Shown here: positions 15,401 through 28,199 of the stretch, piece after piece
Position numbering within the stretch: the stretch's first letter is position 1
Layout of the letters: every line of letters begins with the position of its first letter
DNA from: Raillietiella orientalis
Taxonomy: Eukaryota
DNA: 64,000 nt
Direction of reading: 5' to 3'
Assembly (NCBI GenBank): GCA_036172245.1
Contig: JAYWIR010000009.1
Span: 4,216,001 to 4,280,000, forward strand
Made by a program: the position numbers and the translations under genes
Notes under the pieces: model-generated
Databases searched by the model: none
The model's input: the letters and a program-made list of their open reading frames with translations, nothing else
What the model was told of the DNA's origin: nothing

Positions 15401-18400
15401 AATGGAGACATGTTTGTCTGTCGTTTAAAAAGCAAATTCATAATCAGCTTTATTGTGTATTCACTGTTTTTTTGAATATCCGGCTCTTGAAGGAAAATAC
15501 TTCAAAGACTATTTTTGATACCATTTGGGAGAGTTAAGGAGTAACTTTGCAATAGTAATGTCAAACAATTACCTTATTTCCTTCATTTCTTCACATAACT
15601 GTTTAGTTATCTATATCAATTCATCTTTTTAAATGCGTTTTCGTGTTGTAAAACTAATTAAAAGAATCTGCATTTATATCTTGTGTAGTTTATTTCTGTA
15701 GCATGCTAAAAAGGTAACAGTACGTTCTAATACTTACAGAACTTGGTTATTCTGCAGTTGTGCTCATTGATATTCCAAATAATTTTATGCCTTGTTTAAA
15801 AACAATCTACAAATAAATCTTTTATACATATTCTTATTTAAAATTTGAATGAAACTAGGTTCATATTTACATGTGTACCATGGATATGTGACTGAAACAT
15901 TTGCACCAAGTTTCTTTTATCGAAAATTGTGACGTTTTGCTCCTCACAAAATACAGTTGTTTATACCTTTCTAGGTTTGCACGGATAATTTTTGTTTTTC
16001 TTTTACTCGCATCAGCATTCCGACCTGGATTCTTTTTGTATTTTTTGTTTCGTTTTGACTTTTGGCTCAGTAAAAAAAAAAAATTTTTTTCTTACTGTTC
16101 ATTGTGATTGTGCTAGAAAATATGCCTTTCAATTGAGCATGAACAATACGCATAAAAATCTCCTTGAAAAATTTTTGATTTGTTTCAAATTATTTTGCAT
16201 AATGATATTTTTACATATCTTGTGGACTTTATTGTACATAAGGTTATTGAGTGAATGTACCCTTACATTCACTTTGATGTTGTAGTGAAGAGGAAGAAGA
16301 GGAGGATGATTTTGATGAATTGCACCCAAATGATCAAGATGATAACATATTTCAATCGGATCATGAATTTTCTCCTGAATCTGATTTGGACAAAGATGAG
16401 ATACAGCCTACTCGTCATGCCAGAACTGCGAAAAGAGGTAATTGAAAATGTTAGCCAATTTTTTTGTATGTGTAGGTATTGTTTTATCAATGAATTATTT
16501 AAGCGCTTGTTTATGGTTTTCTTGAAGCCTTTAAAAGTAGCACCTTACACAGTGTAAAAAATTCGCGGTCGTTTAATTTCGAAAAGATTGTATTGCCTTG
16601 ATTAATTGTTTACTCTTGTATTTTGTATCTGAACCTCTCAAGTATACATTGGTAAAGAAATCTCATAGAATGAAAATTTCACCTGCATACTGCTGCAAAC
16701 TATAGATGCATTTATGTGAAAACTGAATGAAAGATGCATGTATCATTTTTCATAACAGAATAAAGTTGACATAGCGATGAACGCACGTCAAGGAAATATG
16801 TGAAAACGCCTTGAATGAAGTGAGAGAATGTACTCACACCAGCATGGAAAAGTGTGTTGTAGCTTACATGACCATCTTATTATTCTTGATTGGAACTAGT
16901 TGTTCCTTTTTATCTTGCGATCATTGATTTTTAGAATGATATCCCAGTCACATAATAATCTGAAGAGAAATGATGTAATTTCTAAATTGTAGTGTCTTTT
17001 TTGCTACACAATGCATCCAATGCATCTATACCCAGGGAAGTGTTGCATCATTTGATGAATTCTTCAGAGTTTTTTAATTTTCTTCGCTTTTTCCAATCAA
17101 TGAATATCATCGTCATTTCATTGACAATCGGAGGAATATAGTTGTTTTCACATGTATAGACAGATAAACAACTTCGTTCCTCATTAGATAAAACACAAAT
17201 AATAAAATGACAACTGCAAAAGGAGGCAGAATTTTATTGGAATAATTATACACAGTCCAGAATCACTTGTTCACTGGATGTATTGTGTGATTTCGTATCA
17301 TTAAAATAAATGTCATTCACAACAAAAACGATGATTTATCACGACAGAATACATCAAAAGATTTTACTTCAGGAAGAGAAACCCTCTTGTGTATGATTAT
17401 TTTAATCATTCAAATAACTACTTTGTAGTACTTTAATACCACATGTTGTTCCAAACTAATTTTTGGTAATCAGTTCAATCTTCCCATAAGATGAAACATT
17501 ATTATTGGTGTTGAAAATCGAGATGTAGGTAAGATTGACAGGAAAAACTGTGCGAATTTGCTCATGGTATGATTTCAATTTGCAGAGTACAATGGTTTTT
17601 CTTTGATCCTTATATCAATTTGTTGCATCTGTAGTGGTAAATGGGAAAGTTTCCAGAAATGCAGGTGTGTGCATTCAAAATTGGCTCTATTCATGGTGAA
17701 TTCAGTTAGATTAGAATTGGCGATATTATAGTACTATAGGCATCTTAAAAAGCATAGAACAAGATGGATCTTTTCAATACTTTGAATGTCTCTTTTGCTT
17801 ACTGCAATGCAAAAATTCGTTGGAACGTATTTATTGGTGGTTATCGAGAAAGTCACCTTTAAAATTTTAATCCACCATTCCAAAAATAGCACCAGAAATA
17901 CCAGTATCCACCGAAAATCATTTAATTATGGGATAACTGAAAATTAATTAGGACCGATCTCGTCTTATCATTGAAATAAATAACTAAGCACTATTGCAAC
18001 TGTATTGATATTTTAGTGAAAACTATAAAAAAATTGAATGTTCATGAAGGGGAAGCAGAGGAAATCGTGGTAGAAGAAATAAAAGATGATAAGCCATGCC
18101 AGAAATGTGGGCAACATGACCACCCAGAATGGATCTTACTGTGTGATAAATGTGATGCAGGTTGGCATGCATCCTGTATCAGACCTCCGTTGATGGTTAT
18201 ACCAGAAGGAGACTGGTTCTGCCCCCCATGTGAGCATGTAAGTTGGAAAAATTTTCCGTTAAAGTTTGAAGGTTTTCCTGCAATTGGTTCGTTTTAACAA
18301 CTAGAGTAAATCATATTTGTTGCACGTGTGTAGATAATTGCATTATTCATTTGCATTCATTGCATTACTGACCGGTTCATTTCATTCACTGTTGTTCTGA

Positions 18401-21400
18401 TAATATTGTTATCTTATAAATGGGAAAATTTCATTTGTATCATTCAATAGGATTTTCAGAAACAGTTTAAAATGTATATCTTTTCCTTTTAAAGATTATG
18501 CTGTTAGAAAAACTGAAACAGGAGTTGGACTTTTATGAGCAACTTCTCAAAAAGAAGGAAAAAGACGATCTTATGAAGAAGCGCTTAGAATATGTGAATA
18601 TTAGTTTAAGCAATGTTCTTCCTACTTCATTCAAAAGATCATCTGATCAACATTCAAGTGAAGATACCAACAGTAATAGTGGAATGGATTTCAGTTCTCA
18701 GGATAGTGCTGATTCCGTACCCACTTACTCTTTGAGGCAAAGGAAAGCCACACAGAATGTAAATTATGCAATGGAGAAATATGACGCACTCATAAATTCT
18801 GCTTTAAAAGTAAAGTCAAAATATTTGTGTAAAGTTGACTAATCTGTTGATATCCAACAGGAGGAAATGGTTCTGAATCATAACAATGTGCAACTTTTGG
18901 GGAACAGTAATTGCAAAATCGAACAATTCGATTTGCACTCGAAGAATAATAATCTAGTCCAGCAGCTGCCATCTTTGCACACAGTCTCCTCATGTGAATA
19001 TCCATATCAAGAATGCAAGCAGAAGAAAAAACGAAAGCTTACTAGCTTGGAAGATGATGCAAGTGAAGACACGGATGATGAAGACTTCAAAGAGAACAGG
19101 TCAGTAGTGACGTATTTAATTTGCCAAGCAAATTTGCCCAAAGTTATGAAGAGGAGGAAGATTTTGTGCAGGATGAAAATGAAAGATCAGAAGATTCTGA
19201 CGCTTCGTATTTGCCCCATTTGAAAAAACTGCCCGTCCGCAAATCAAAAAGAAGTCAGAGGAAAGCAAGTATGTTGCCGTATGTTGTTTATGTAAAATTA
19301 CTTATGAAATCGGTGAATGCGTAGCCACTCTTTTTATGTATGTAATGCATACATCCTTTAGTGCTGGATCACATTCGAAGACTCCGGCTTGATTCAGGAT
19401 GGATTTCTCCAAGAAAGTATCGAATTAGCCATTGTAGAATTGGAAAAGTGATGATTATAAGAAATCCATTTTGTTGATAGTTGGCAATGACTTAGCTTTA
19501 CTGAAGAAATTGCTCCATTTTCATTAGTTCGTTGAATTTATCATGTGTGTGTCCATTTTGGCGGTTTTCTCCCGTGATTTGTGTGCCCTTGTCTTCATTG
19601 CGAATTCTAGTTTGTATGCATTTACGAGTTTGAAACAAGGCATTACTGATTGTGATGCCAGTCTTGGAAAACAAATTTTATGAAAATTTAGGACCAATCT
19701 TTGGATGCATTTCAAAACAATTAGCCTTGTTTTGCAAAGCTGAAGATTGATCTGTTGGGATATACAGTAATTTTCGTTGTTGGAAGAAATCTCAACGTGA
19801 ATTTTATGGAAGATGAGGACTGATCGACTTTGTAAAACCTAATTTACAAAGTTCATCATAGTATTGATTATTTTGATAGTTTCAAATAATAAAGCTAAGG
19901 AATGTTGTCCTTGATGATGGACTCATTTACAAAATGAGATTAATGAAAATTATTCCTTTCAATTTAAGGTGATGAGAGTGATTGGAATAGTGATTGTAAG
20001 CAGCGAAAAAGAAGCATTCGATGCTTGGAGTCGGATTCAGATGAGAGTGATGAGTTGATGCAGGAAAAAACCAAAAAGTATGTTTTTCTTTGGGGGGGAG
20101 TTCAATATCGGAATAGATACAAAAAGCAATGTTCCCCATCCATTCATTGTATATTTGTGTAAAAGGTAAAATGCCTAGGGAGTTTTTAAATTTTTTGAAT
20201 TAATTTTTAAACCCTGATCGCTGTGTCACACCAGCGTTCATGACTGAAGTGTCAATAATTTGCATTTCTGTGTATTGCACTTGTATTATTCAGGTTCTTC
20301 ACATATTTGCCTGAGAGGTTCATCAGGACCCAGTCTAGTATCAATTGCTTTCTGTTGTTTGTGAGCAGAGCCTGTAATTCCACCGGGTTTCCCGGTTTTC
20401 GAGCCTTAGTCAAATATGCGGTTCGGCACATCAAAGTCATGAACCGACGATATTCGCGAGCACGTCGCTGTGAAATTTCCAGCCAACCTTCTGGCGCTGT
20501 AGATTTACAGCCATCTGCCTGACACTTCGGCAGCGCAGCCCTGTTATTTGTCCATTCTCGCATCAGTATTTCTGCATTACCGCGTCGAATAACTGGAATG
20601 GTTTCAAGGACGCTGCACTCGTATTTCAGTTCTTGTAATTCGTTTCCCTTAAATGAGATGTAACGAGAAGCGTTTCTGTGGTACTTGCTTATCTCTGCCA
20701 AGAGCACTGGATACGTGGTAATTTTCGTGTAACAGCATAACATTTAGCGATGCAAAGTAAATATCTGCTAAGTTACATTTTCATGCTGATCGCATCGCAA
20801 AAGGGACGTGATCGTAAATTCCGTAGTAATGATTTGGTATACATAAAATGGAAACATTATACTGGGCATACGGGTGGTTCTCATAGTAATCATAATGGGA
20901 GAGAATGTTTGCTCACCATGCACTGATGATTATTTCGCCCAGAACCATTGCTCGTGTAAGGTGTAAAAAGGTACGACGAATAAGCGAGTCATCTGAAGAG
21001 TGGAATAACCAAGCCAAGTGTGCAGCAGCGGCAGGACGAAACAAATCAGAGGTTTGATAAGTTGGCTGCCACCAATTTTTCATTTGAATTTCCTGTCTCC
21101 ATGTTTAGATGCTGAGGGAACTTGCACAGCTAGATGCTCCTCATCAGTTGTGCACAAGAAGAACTCGAACGAAAAGAGTGAACTACCACGAAATCCTAGC
21201 ATCAGATGATAGTGATCCGGGAACCATTGGCAAAAAAAATTTTTTCGTAAAATCAGAAAGTTCAGATGAGGAGTTTGATGCCAGAAATCTTGATTTAGAA
21301 TTGAATGATCTTGATAGACAGTCATTATCCTCACAGCTACAAGATTTTCCAGAATCATCCAAGGACTCCGATATTTCCTCAAGGGACATTAAGACCTCTA

Positions 21401-22290
21401 ATGATGAAAAATCTCCTCTGAAGGAAGATCCTTCACTGGAATCTTCGTGTGGGCCCTCCATCCCCCATGTATCGAAAAGTTCGTCACCAGATTTTTGTGT
21501 GCAGTGCCCCAATACTGAACCTCCCCCCACTGATCATCATGCGTCATACTTATGTGTAAATTCTGTAGAAACTTCTGCAAATATTGAACCACTTGCAAAC
21601 GTGAATATGAAATCCGATGCTCAGTATGGTTCCATTATGACTACCAGTGTTTTATCTCCTCCACAGTCTCTGAATGATGAAACTGTTTCATCAAGTGTTC
21701 CACTTTTAGCTGCTTCAAAGGCATCTTCTTCTCCTTTATGTACAATCAAAACTGCTCAGACTGCACAGCCTTTTAAAGAAAATCCTAGTTATTCCCATTC
21801 AAGTTTATTAACTTCAACACCATGGCGACTAACGCGATTTCCTTTAGTTCAAAGTTTTCCCCAGGTGATGCCTCCACCAGTGAATTCAGGAATGAAACAC
21901 GATGTACCCTTGGCGTCACTTCATCCATTTCCATGTATTCCAATGGGATCCATTGGAAATCGTACGTCTCAGTCTTCTCCAAATGCCAAAATGTCAGTAA
22001 TGGTGCGTCCTCTGTCTAACATCCCCACGCCCCCTCCTCCTGCACATACTCAATTACCTCTGAATACAGAACCCAGATATCCCCTAGCACACCACTCTAC
22101 CATGGAATATACAACTTTTACACAACCCATGTATCCATTCAATTATTCTAGCAGATCTCATGAATCAGCAAGTGACTTACACCTCAGTGCAGAACATTCA
22201 CATAAGATTGAAAGAACTGAAACTGATGAAGGGGAATTTGGTGGACTTGTATCTTACTTTTCAAGTCAAGCTGAAGAAATTGATTCGTGA
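6416..22290 (+). CDS. RSF1: Remodeling and spacing factor 1 (RSF1)-like protein with N-terminal DDT/WHIM region, long acidic low-complexity region and PHD finger
   Basis: Phase-consistent exon model: 6416-6557, 6994-7178, 8546-8742, 8836-9113, 9158-9451, 10854-11093, 11149-11271, 11404-11622, 11729-12685, 13510-13670, 13908-14020, 16286-16437, 18017-18237, 18495-18809, 18861-19099, 19144-19268, 19969-20077, 20943-21051, 21109-22290. Motifs: FAVVCSFLQEFG, LVDLHVRLLRK, WEKALIKYC, LMEAQFDYNQKFK, LRLKPLGRDKQGNQFW, SDHEFSPESD, PHD finger CQKC..HDHPEWILLCDKCDAGWHASC..PEGDWFCPPCEH, and C-terminal EFGGLVSYFSSQ. Internal low-complexity exons are less certain. Confidence 0.9.
11770..11832 (+). repeat. 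15-bp coding tandem repeat (EENVT x about 4) in an RSF1 exon
   Basis: gaagaaaatgtcaca repeated with minor variation. Confidence 0.9.
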
Positions 22291-22485
22291 AATGAGTTTC
22301 ATCCTTAAAACCACATGGGTTTGTCCTTGTACAGACCAGTGATATGTCAGCAATCCACAAAGATGTATTTATTTTTTTGCTAAGTATACTTTTTTTCAAT
22401 GTTTTGGATAGATCTGTATGTATTTATTGTTAATACTATTAATAAGCATACATCAAATATTATTAATCAACATCTTGAAAAATTG

Positions 22486-24029
22486 TTAAACTTTAGTTTT
22501 TGGTAAGTTGTGATATTTTTTCAAACGGCGTTTCAGTTCTATTGGGAGGTGATCATGACAATGCTTGCATACAGGCTTCAGATCCATTTCAAAGAACTTG
22601 CTCTTTTGTGTCAATTTGGAGTCACATAAAACACAAGCAAAGTGAAGTTCACACCAAGCCTTGTTTAAGGCACTAAAAACTAGCCAAAATAATGATTCCC
22701 AGAAACTCTGAAACATAAACCTTACCATCTCCAGAAATTACTTGATTGCAAACAAAACACAAATTACCAAACAACTGATGGTAGTGAACTTCACAATATG
22801 CCAAGCCTCGTTTCTCATAATGTCTTCTACCCATGAAAGGTTTTTCACATTTAGCACACACAAAATGCTGTAATGTTATGCGTGAAACTATTTTTAAAAG
22901 TATTGCTAACCTCCACATGCCAGTTTTTTCCAAGTGCTGTTACTACACGCTCTTCAATGGGTCTGTGGCAGGCACCACAAACAGGAATCCCCATTTTGTC
23001 ATGACAACGCAAACAATACAGTAAATTCTAAAATCATACCAGCTATTAGATGCTGTTTTTTTTTTTTTTGTTTTGTTTTGTTTTTCAACACTCACCACAT
23101 CATTGGATGAAAGACCAGGTCTACTTGTTACTTCCCTAGCATCAGATGTCAGTTCAATTCCACAGCGTGAACAATTGAAGTGATAAGGATGATACACCTC
23201 ACCTCGAAATCTCAGTGGCTCTGCATCAATAATGGAACTACAGAGAATGTTTTCTAATTGCACCATGAAAAACTAACTGGCATTTGTGACAGGAATATTT
23301 TCCTACAGCACTGGCTTTGATTTCAGCATGACATTCTCTACAAATTGCTTTTCCTGCATGGTGCACAAAACCTTCATCTGCAAGCAGTTTTCCACAGGTC
23401 TGGCATTTGAAACACTGGGGATGCCAATTAGCATTTAATGCTTTAATAACTCTGCCGATGATAAATCCCTCTGATATTAAGCAGATGAAAATGTTCATGA
23501 AAGATACAAGTTGTTACCACATGCATGACAAAAAGGTGCATATAAGACTTCAAAATCATATGCACAGTATTTTCTTCCTTCATACTCATAATATGCTGAG
23601 GGTAGGGGTCGAAAGCATTGTGCACACCTTTTGTCGCAAACATGGAATTCAGTTTTGCATTTATTTTATCTTTGCCTTAAGTTTGAAAAGATTACTCACA
23701 CAAAACATTCTGGATGGTAATTTTCTCCGTTTGTGCTCACGATTTCTGCATTTAGTTCAAAACCTTTATCGCATCGATTGCAACTCAGAGTGTTAAGTTG
23801 GGAAGTTATTCTGGACGGGTAAAAAAAAAAAAGAAAATGTACAGATAATACACTACATGGCTTTTTAATTTTGTTTTTATTTTTTTAAGTTAACATTCAT
23901 TACTGCCAAGGTAAGTTTTTTTTTTTATTGATTTGCTTATCAGTTCCCAGTTTCGTGTTTTCCAATAATGGGTAATCAGATCGACAAGTGTACAATTTTA
24001 TTTCAACTGTGTATACCTTACCCAGGCAT
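22486..24029 (-). CDS. LIMS1: PINCH / LIM and senescent cell antigen-like protein (five LIM domains, ILK-binding adaptor)
   Basis: Exons 24029-24022 (ATG CCT GG, tentative first coding exon), 23810-23700, 23627-23518, 23470-23278, 23237-23096, 23027-22911, 22867-22726 and 22679-22486, all GT-AG and in phase. The translation includes [101 protein letters not shown] and C-terminal ELKRRLKK. Confidence 0.95.
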
Positions 24030-24620
24030 TGCAGAGTGTTTGGGTTGCAGCAGATCACCCACGAACGGCAACACGAACCACGCAGTTGGGAGCAGCTCGA
24101 CACACCGCGAGACGCTCACCTCGCGACCTTCGAAGCGCGCTCCGGGAAAGTCCCGGAAGAAAGGAAAGAAAAAAAAAAAAGAAAAACCTCTTCGGGAACC
24201 ACACAACCCTTCGTCGCAGGGATAAACAGGATCCGGGAACGGAATGTCCCGTCTGCGGACGGTGCGCCGCTGAGGATTCTCGCCGGAGGGACGGAGAGGA
24301 GGCATCAACGGGAGATGATGCTGGCCACCCTGCCCCCGGGTTCCTCGGCTTGGGAGAGCTCCGAGAGGTGCACGTGTGGTCCAGACGGGATGAAGGCATC
24401 ACACGTGGTCACGGAGCCACACAGCAATCCCAGGAAAGGAAAGTGTGGGCATTCGACGAGTCCAGAGGAGTAGGCAGATCGACCGCAGCCACTTCCACGT
24501 TTCAAACGCCCCGGGGAGGACGACGGTGGTCGGGGACACTTACAGCCGGGCATTCTTGATGATGTCATGTAGGCGGACACGATGTGTACCGTGTCCACAG
24601 TTTTCGGGAAAGGCAACTCG
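24030..24620 (-). promoter_or_regulatory. CpG-rich island over the probable PINCH 5' UTR/promoter
   Basis: There is an abrupt switch to CG-rich sequence immediately upstream of the tentative PINCH ATG. The promoter function is inferred. Confidence 0.4.
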
Positions 24621-27600
24621 ACTTGAAAAACTTATACTCTCTGTAACTTATGCAAGCTCCCAAACAGCTATTCTGAAACGAATGAGATGGGAACATTGTT
24701 CACCGATTTCAAACGCTCATATGAAATACCAAAAGTTTCGAGCTGTTAAATTTCACAAAAAAAAAAAAAACTTTTTCAGGTGTCACAGAGTGAAATGAAT
24801 GTAATTTCCCCGAGCGACACGGTCGCCAAATTAACTGCTTCTCCAAGTGCTAATTTAGGGAGGACCTGGAAAAAAATTCGTGAATGCTTCAACGTAGGAC
24901 CTTAAACTTGAGAAAGAAACGGTTGCTAAATAGCTTGAATATTATACCGAGAAAGTAGTGTAAAAGGTCTGCTGACGTAATAAACTTTCGAAATGAATCA
25001 TTGCCACATTCAGAACCCACAACTAACGTTTGTCGTATACATGGGAGGTGTTTGTTTGTAGCCAAAGATAACATTCAAGTCTTACCTTGGACTCTCGGAC
25101 ACCTTTTCTTTCTTTATCACGATTGATCTGGCTCTCAAATAAGAAAGAGTTAGAACAATAAAGAAGAAGAATAGAAACGAATGTGAATCTAGATTATCGT
25201 CGTCATATTACACCCATCTATGGCAACACTGTTAACAAACCTTTTGTGTATGTATTTTGTTGGGAAATTTTCTCAGTAAACGACGGTTTCAAGACGTTTC
25301 TTTTTTTTTTTTTTTTTAGCAAAGTACTCATTTCTAACAAAATCCCGTGACACACATCATTAAATTCCCATTTCACCTTTGAAAAATACCCCCCTCTTCC
25401 CTTTGAATCCTCAGGTTTTTCGCTGGCTTACATCGAGTGACCACGTTTCCACGGGTTCCAAAGTAAATGCAAGGTCTCAGGTCATTGCCTCTGGAACAAA
25501 TCGCACTTTCAAGCGTCGAATTGTATTTTTCAAGACACACGTGCGCGCTTATTTAATTAGTAAAGGCGTGATTTATGTCGAGAAGAAAAAATCTCACCAC
25601 ACTTTTGATGGTACTTATAACGGTCACTCGATTCACGCAATGCTGCAAAAGTTTACCAAGAATGTAAGAAACGTGATTCATGATTTTTCAGTAGATTTTT
25701 TTTTTTGTTGTTTTTTTATTCGTCACCAAAAATTTCATGTGCTTTACTTACCTACCAGATGTTTTGGGGAACAAAAACGAAACTGCCACCATTTCATGGT
25801 GCCCTTGCAAAATGGCATCGGCCTCATTTGATCTTTGGGGGCAACTGGTGGTTGAATGTACACACCTCGATATTACATTATAAGCAGACGACATACATAT
25901 CAGGTTAAGAGTCATGTTTGGATGTATTTTTGCTTCGAGATGGACACAGCCCCCTCTTAACACTGAGGCGTCATCAAATCCAAAAACCATTTCATATTTT
26001 TCATTTTATTTTATTTATTTATTTCTTTATTTTAGTAAACCTGCCTGTATTTCTAAAGGGCATCATGGTCCCCGCTTCAAACAAATAATGCCTCAAGAGC
26101 CACAAGACTGGCACTAACAGGAGAACAAAGAATAGAAGAAGAAGAAGAAAACTGGTAAATTTTTCGATTCCATTTTAGGGAAAGGCTAATTAAGACCGAT
26201 AATTTTATGCCAGTCGGCAGTAGTAAGCGAATAGGTCGCAAAATATTTACAAACGAAGGATCTTTATTCGAAACACTTTCGATTTCGAACCTTGCAGGAA
26301 AAGAAAAACAATAATAAAAAATACATAGGAAGATGTTCTTTTGCGTTACCTCAAGACAATGAAACAGTGCTCGTTACCGTCAAAGCAGTTTCTTGGAGCG
26401 AAGGAAGGTACATGGAAAATTGAAGACCATGAAGACTCCGCAGACGCGATGACATTTGCGCGGCCACTCGTCGTTTGAAAACGAGGAGCTCGACTTCCGT
26501 TTCTGCTGTGAAGGACCTCGTGTTCCTCCTCGTCAACCCTAAGCCCAGCACAGCTCTGCGCACTTTGCCGAGAGGCTCGACGGGGAAAAACGGTTCCTAA
26601 CGAACTGCAGCAGCTCCCTGGTTGAGAATCGACGTGGGGAGCATCGTTTCGGACTCCATTGAGGGTGCCCGCGCCAAAGAAACCCTCTGCTGAGAGCAGG
26701 AAGCAAAGTTCTCACATCCCAAGCCAGACTTGACCATGAACGACCATCAATCATCTCCAAAGTTTCCATAGGAATGAGCAGCCATTCGAGGGGCTGCTGT
26801 GTCCAGAGAGTCGTTCCCAAGATTATTCCGAAATTTCAAAGGCACGTGTCAAATACAAGAAAGGGAAGCAAAGCAGGGGGGGGGAGGAATCACTTGCTCC
26901 CAGCGTCCATTGAAGAGATTCTTCGTTCGAGGATGTGTGTACATCCTAAAGCACGTGTGGAATGCACAAACTGGATCCAAGTGCAGGATTTAGGAACACC
27001 AAGACACACGCACGTGTGATGAACAATCCTCCTGATGGCTCATCTTGGTACGGTGTTTGTATGTTTGTGAAGTACGTGGCTCGCATTTCATGGAATTACC
27101 TCTTGAGCAGAGCGTACAAGAGGTTTTCACACACGACCTGGCAGGAGAAAAACGTGAATGCGACGGTGGAAGAAGACAGTTGAGTGGCGGAAGTATTCTC
27201 CCATTCCATCGAAAATGGACAGGAACTTGAATGAACTGAATTTATCTATGGAAATAGAAAGAAAGGAAGAAAAAAAATTAGTATGAATTCAAGTATGGAT
27301 TGTATTTTGCATAATAAGTTGTGGTGATGATAGGGCCATCTCGCTTTCAGCGGAAGAGCACTTTGTGCATTTGGAAACGCTCTTTCCCCAGGAACGAACC
27401 AGATTCTACGAAAGCACTCTGTTCCACGCGTTGTCTTCGATAGACTCTGCCCCAAGAGATCAGTACAAGGCAAAAGAATCACGAGAATCATCAAAAATTC
27501 ATCAAGCAATCGAGACAGATTGAGGTGTTAAATAAAGCACATCGCAGAGCAACATACAATACGCAGCTGGAATACATGCGACACGCGTATCCCTCTAAAG

Positions 27601-28199
27601 CCGCAGTGAGGAACCTTTCTCCACAACCAGCAGTATGACCGTTTAGGAAACTCTGCTGGAGGTCACAAAGATTGAGACAACGAATGCTAAATCTCAACAC
27701 CCTTATTTTTTTTCTCTCCATGACACATATGAACGCTAATCTTGCTGGTCCAGGAGGACTCTCTCTTCCTGGGCCCCGTGGTTGCCAGGACCAGGGCCGA
27801 CCTTAACCGATAAGAGAGAGAAAACAAGGGTATTTTATTAGACGGCATTCCCATTACTTCCTGTCACTTTTCATGAATTCACTTATTAAACAGCAATTAA
27901 ATTCACCAAAAAAAAGTGACACGAAATAATTATATCGGCAAAGTAAAAAGGTTAGGAAAAACAAAAACAAAAAAAACCCTTCGGCAGCAGTCATTTCTTG
28001 ACTGCAAGAAATTCTTAGATTCGTTGGCACTTCACCTTCCTAAACTCCTTTGCATGAATTATTTGTAACCGCGTATGAAACCTTCACCGTTTTATAGCCG
28101 TGGAAACATTTAACAAAACCACAAAAGTCAATTTAGGTTTCCGATGATTCGTTAAGACTTTTAACCACCCTTCCCTGTACCTTACGCAACCATCGAAAC

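Noticed and set aside
19100..19128. Possible 29-nt RSF1 intron
   Set aside because: An in-phase AG at 19143 gives a 44-nt intron that matches the local size class.
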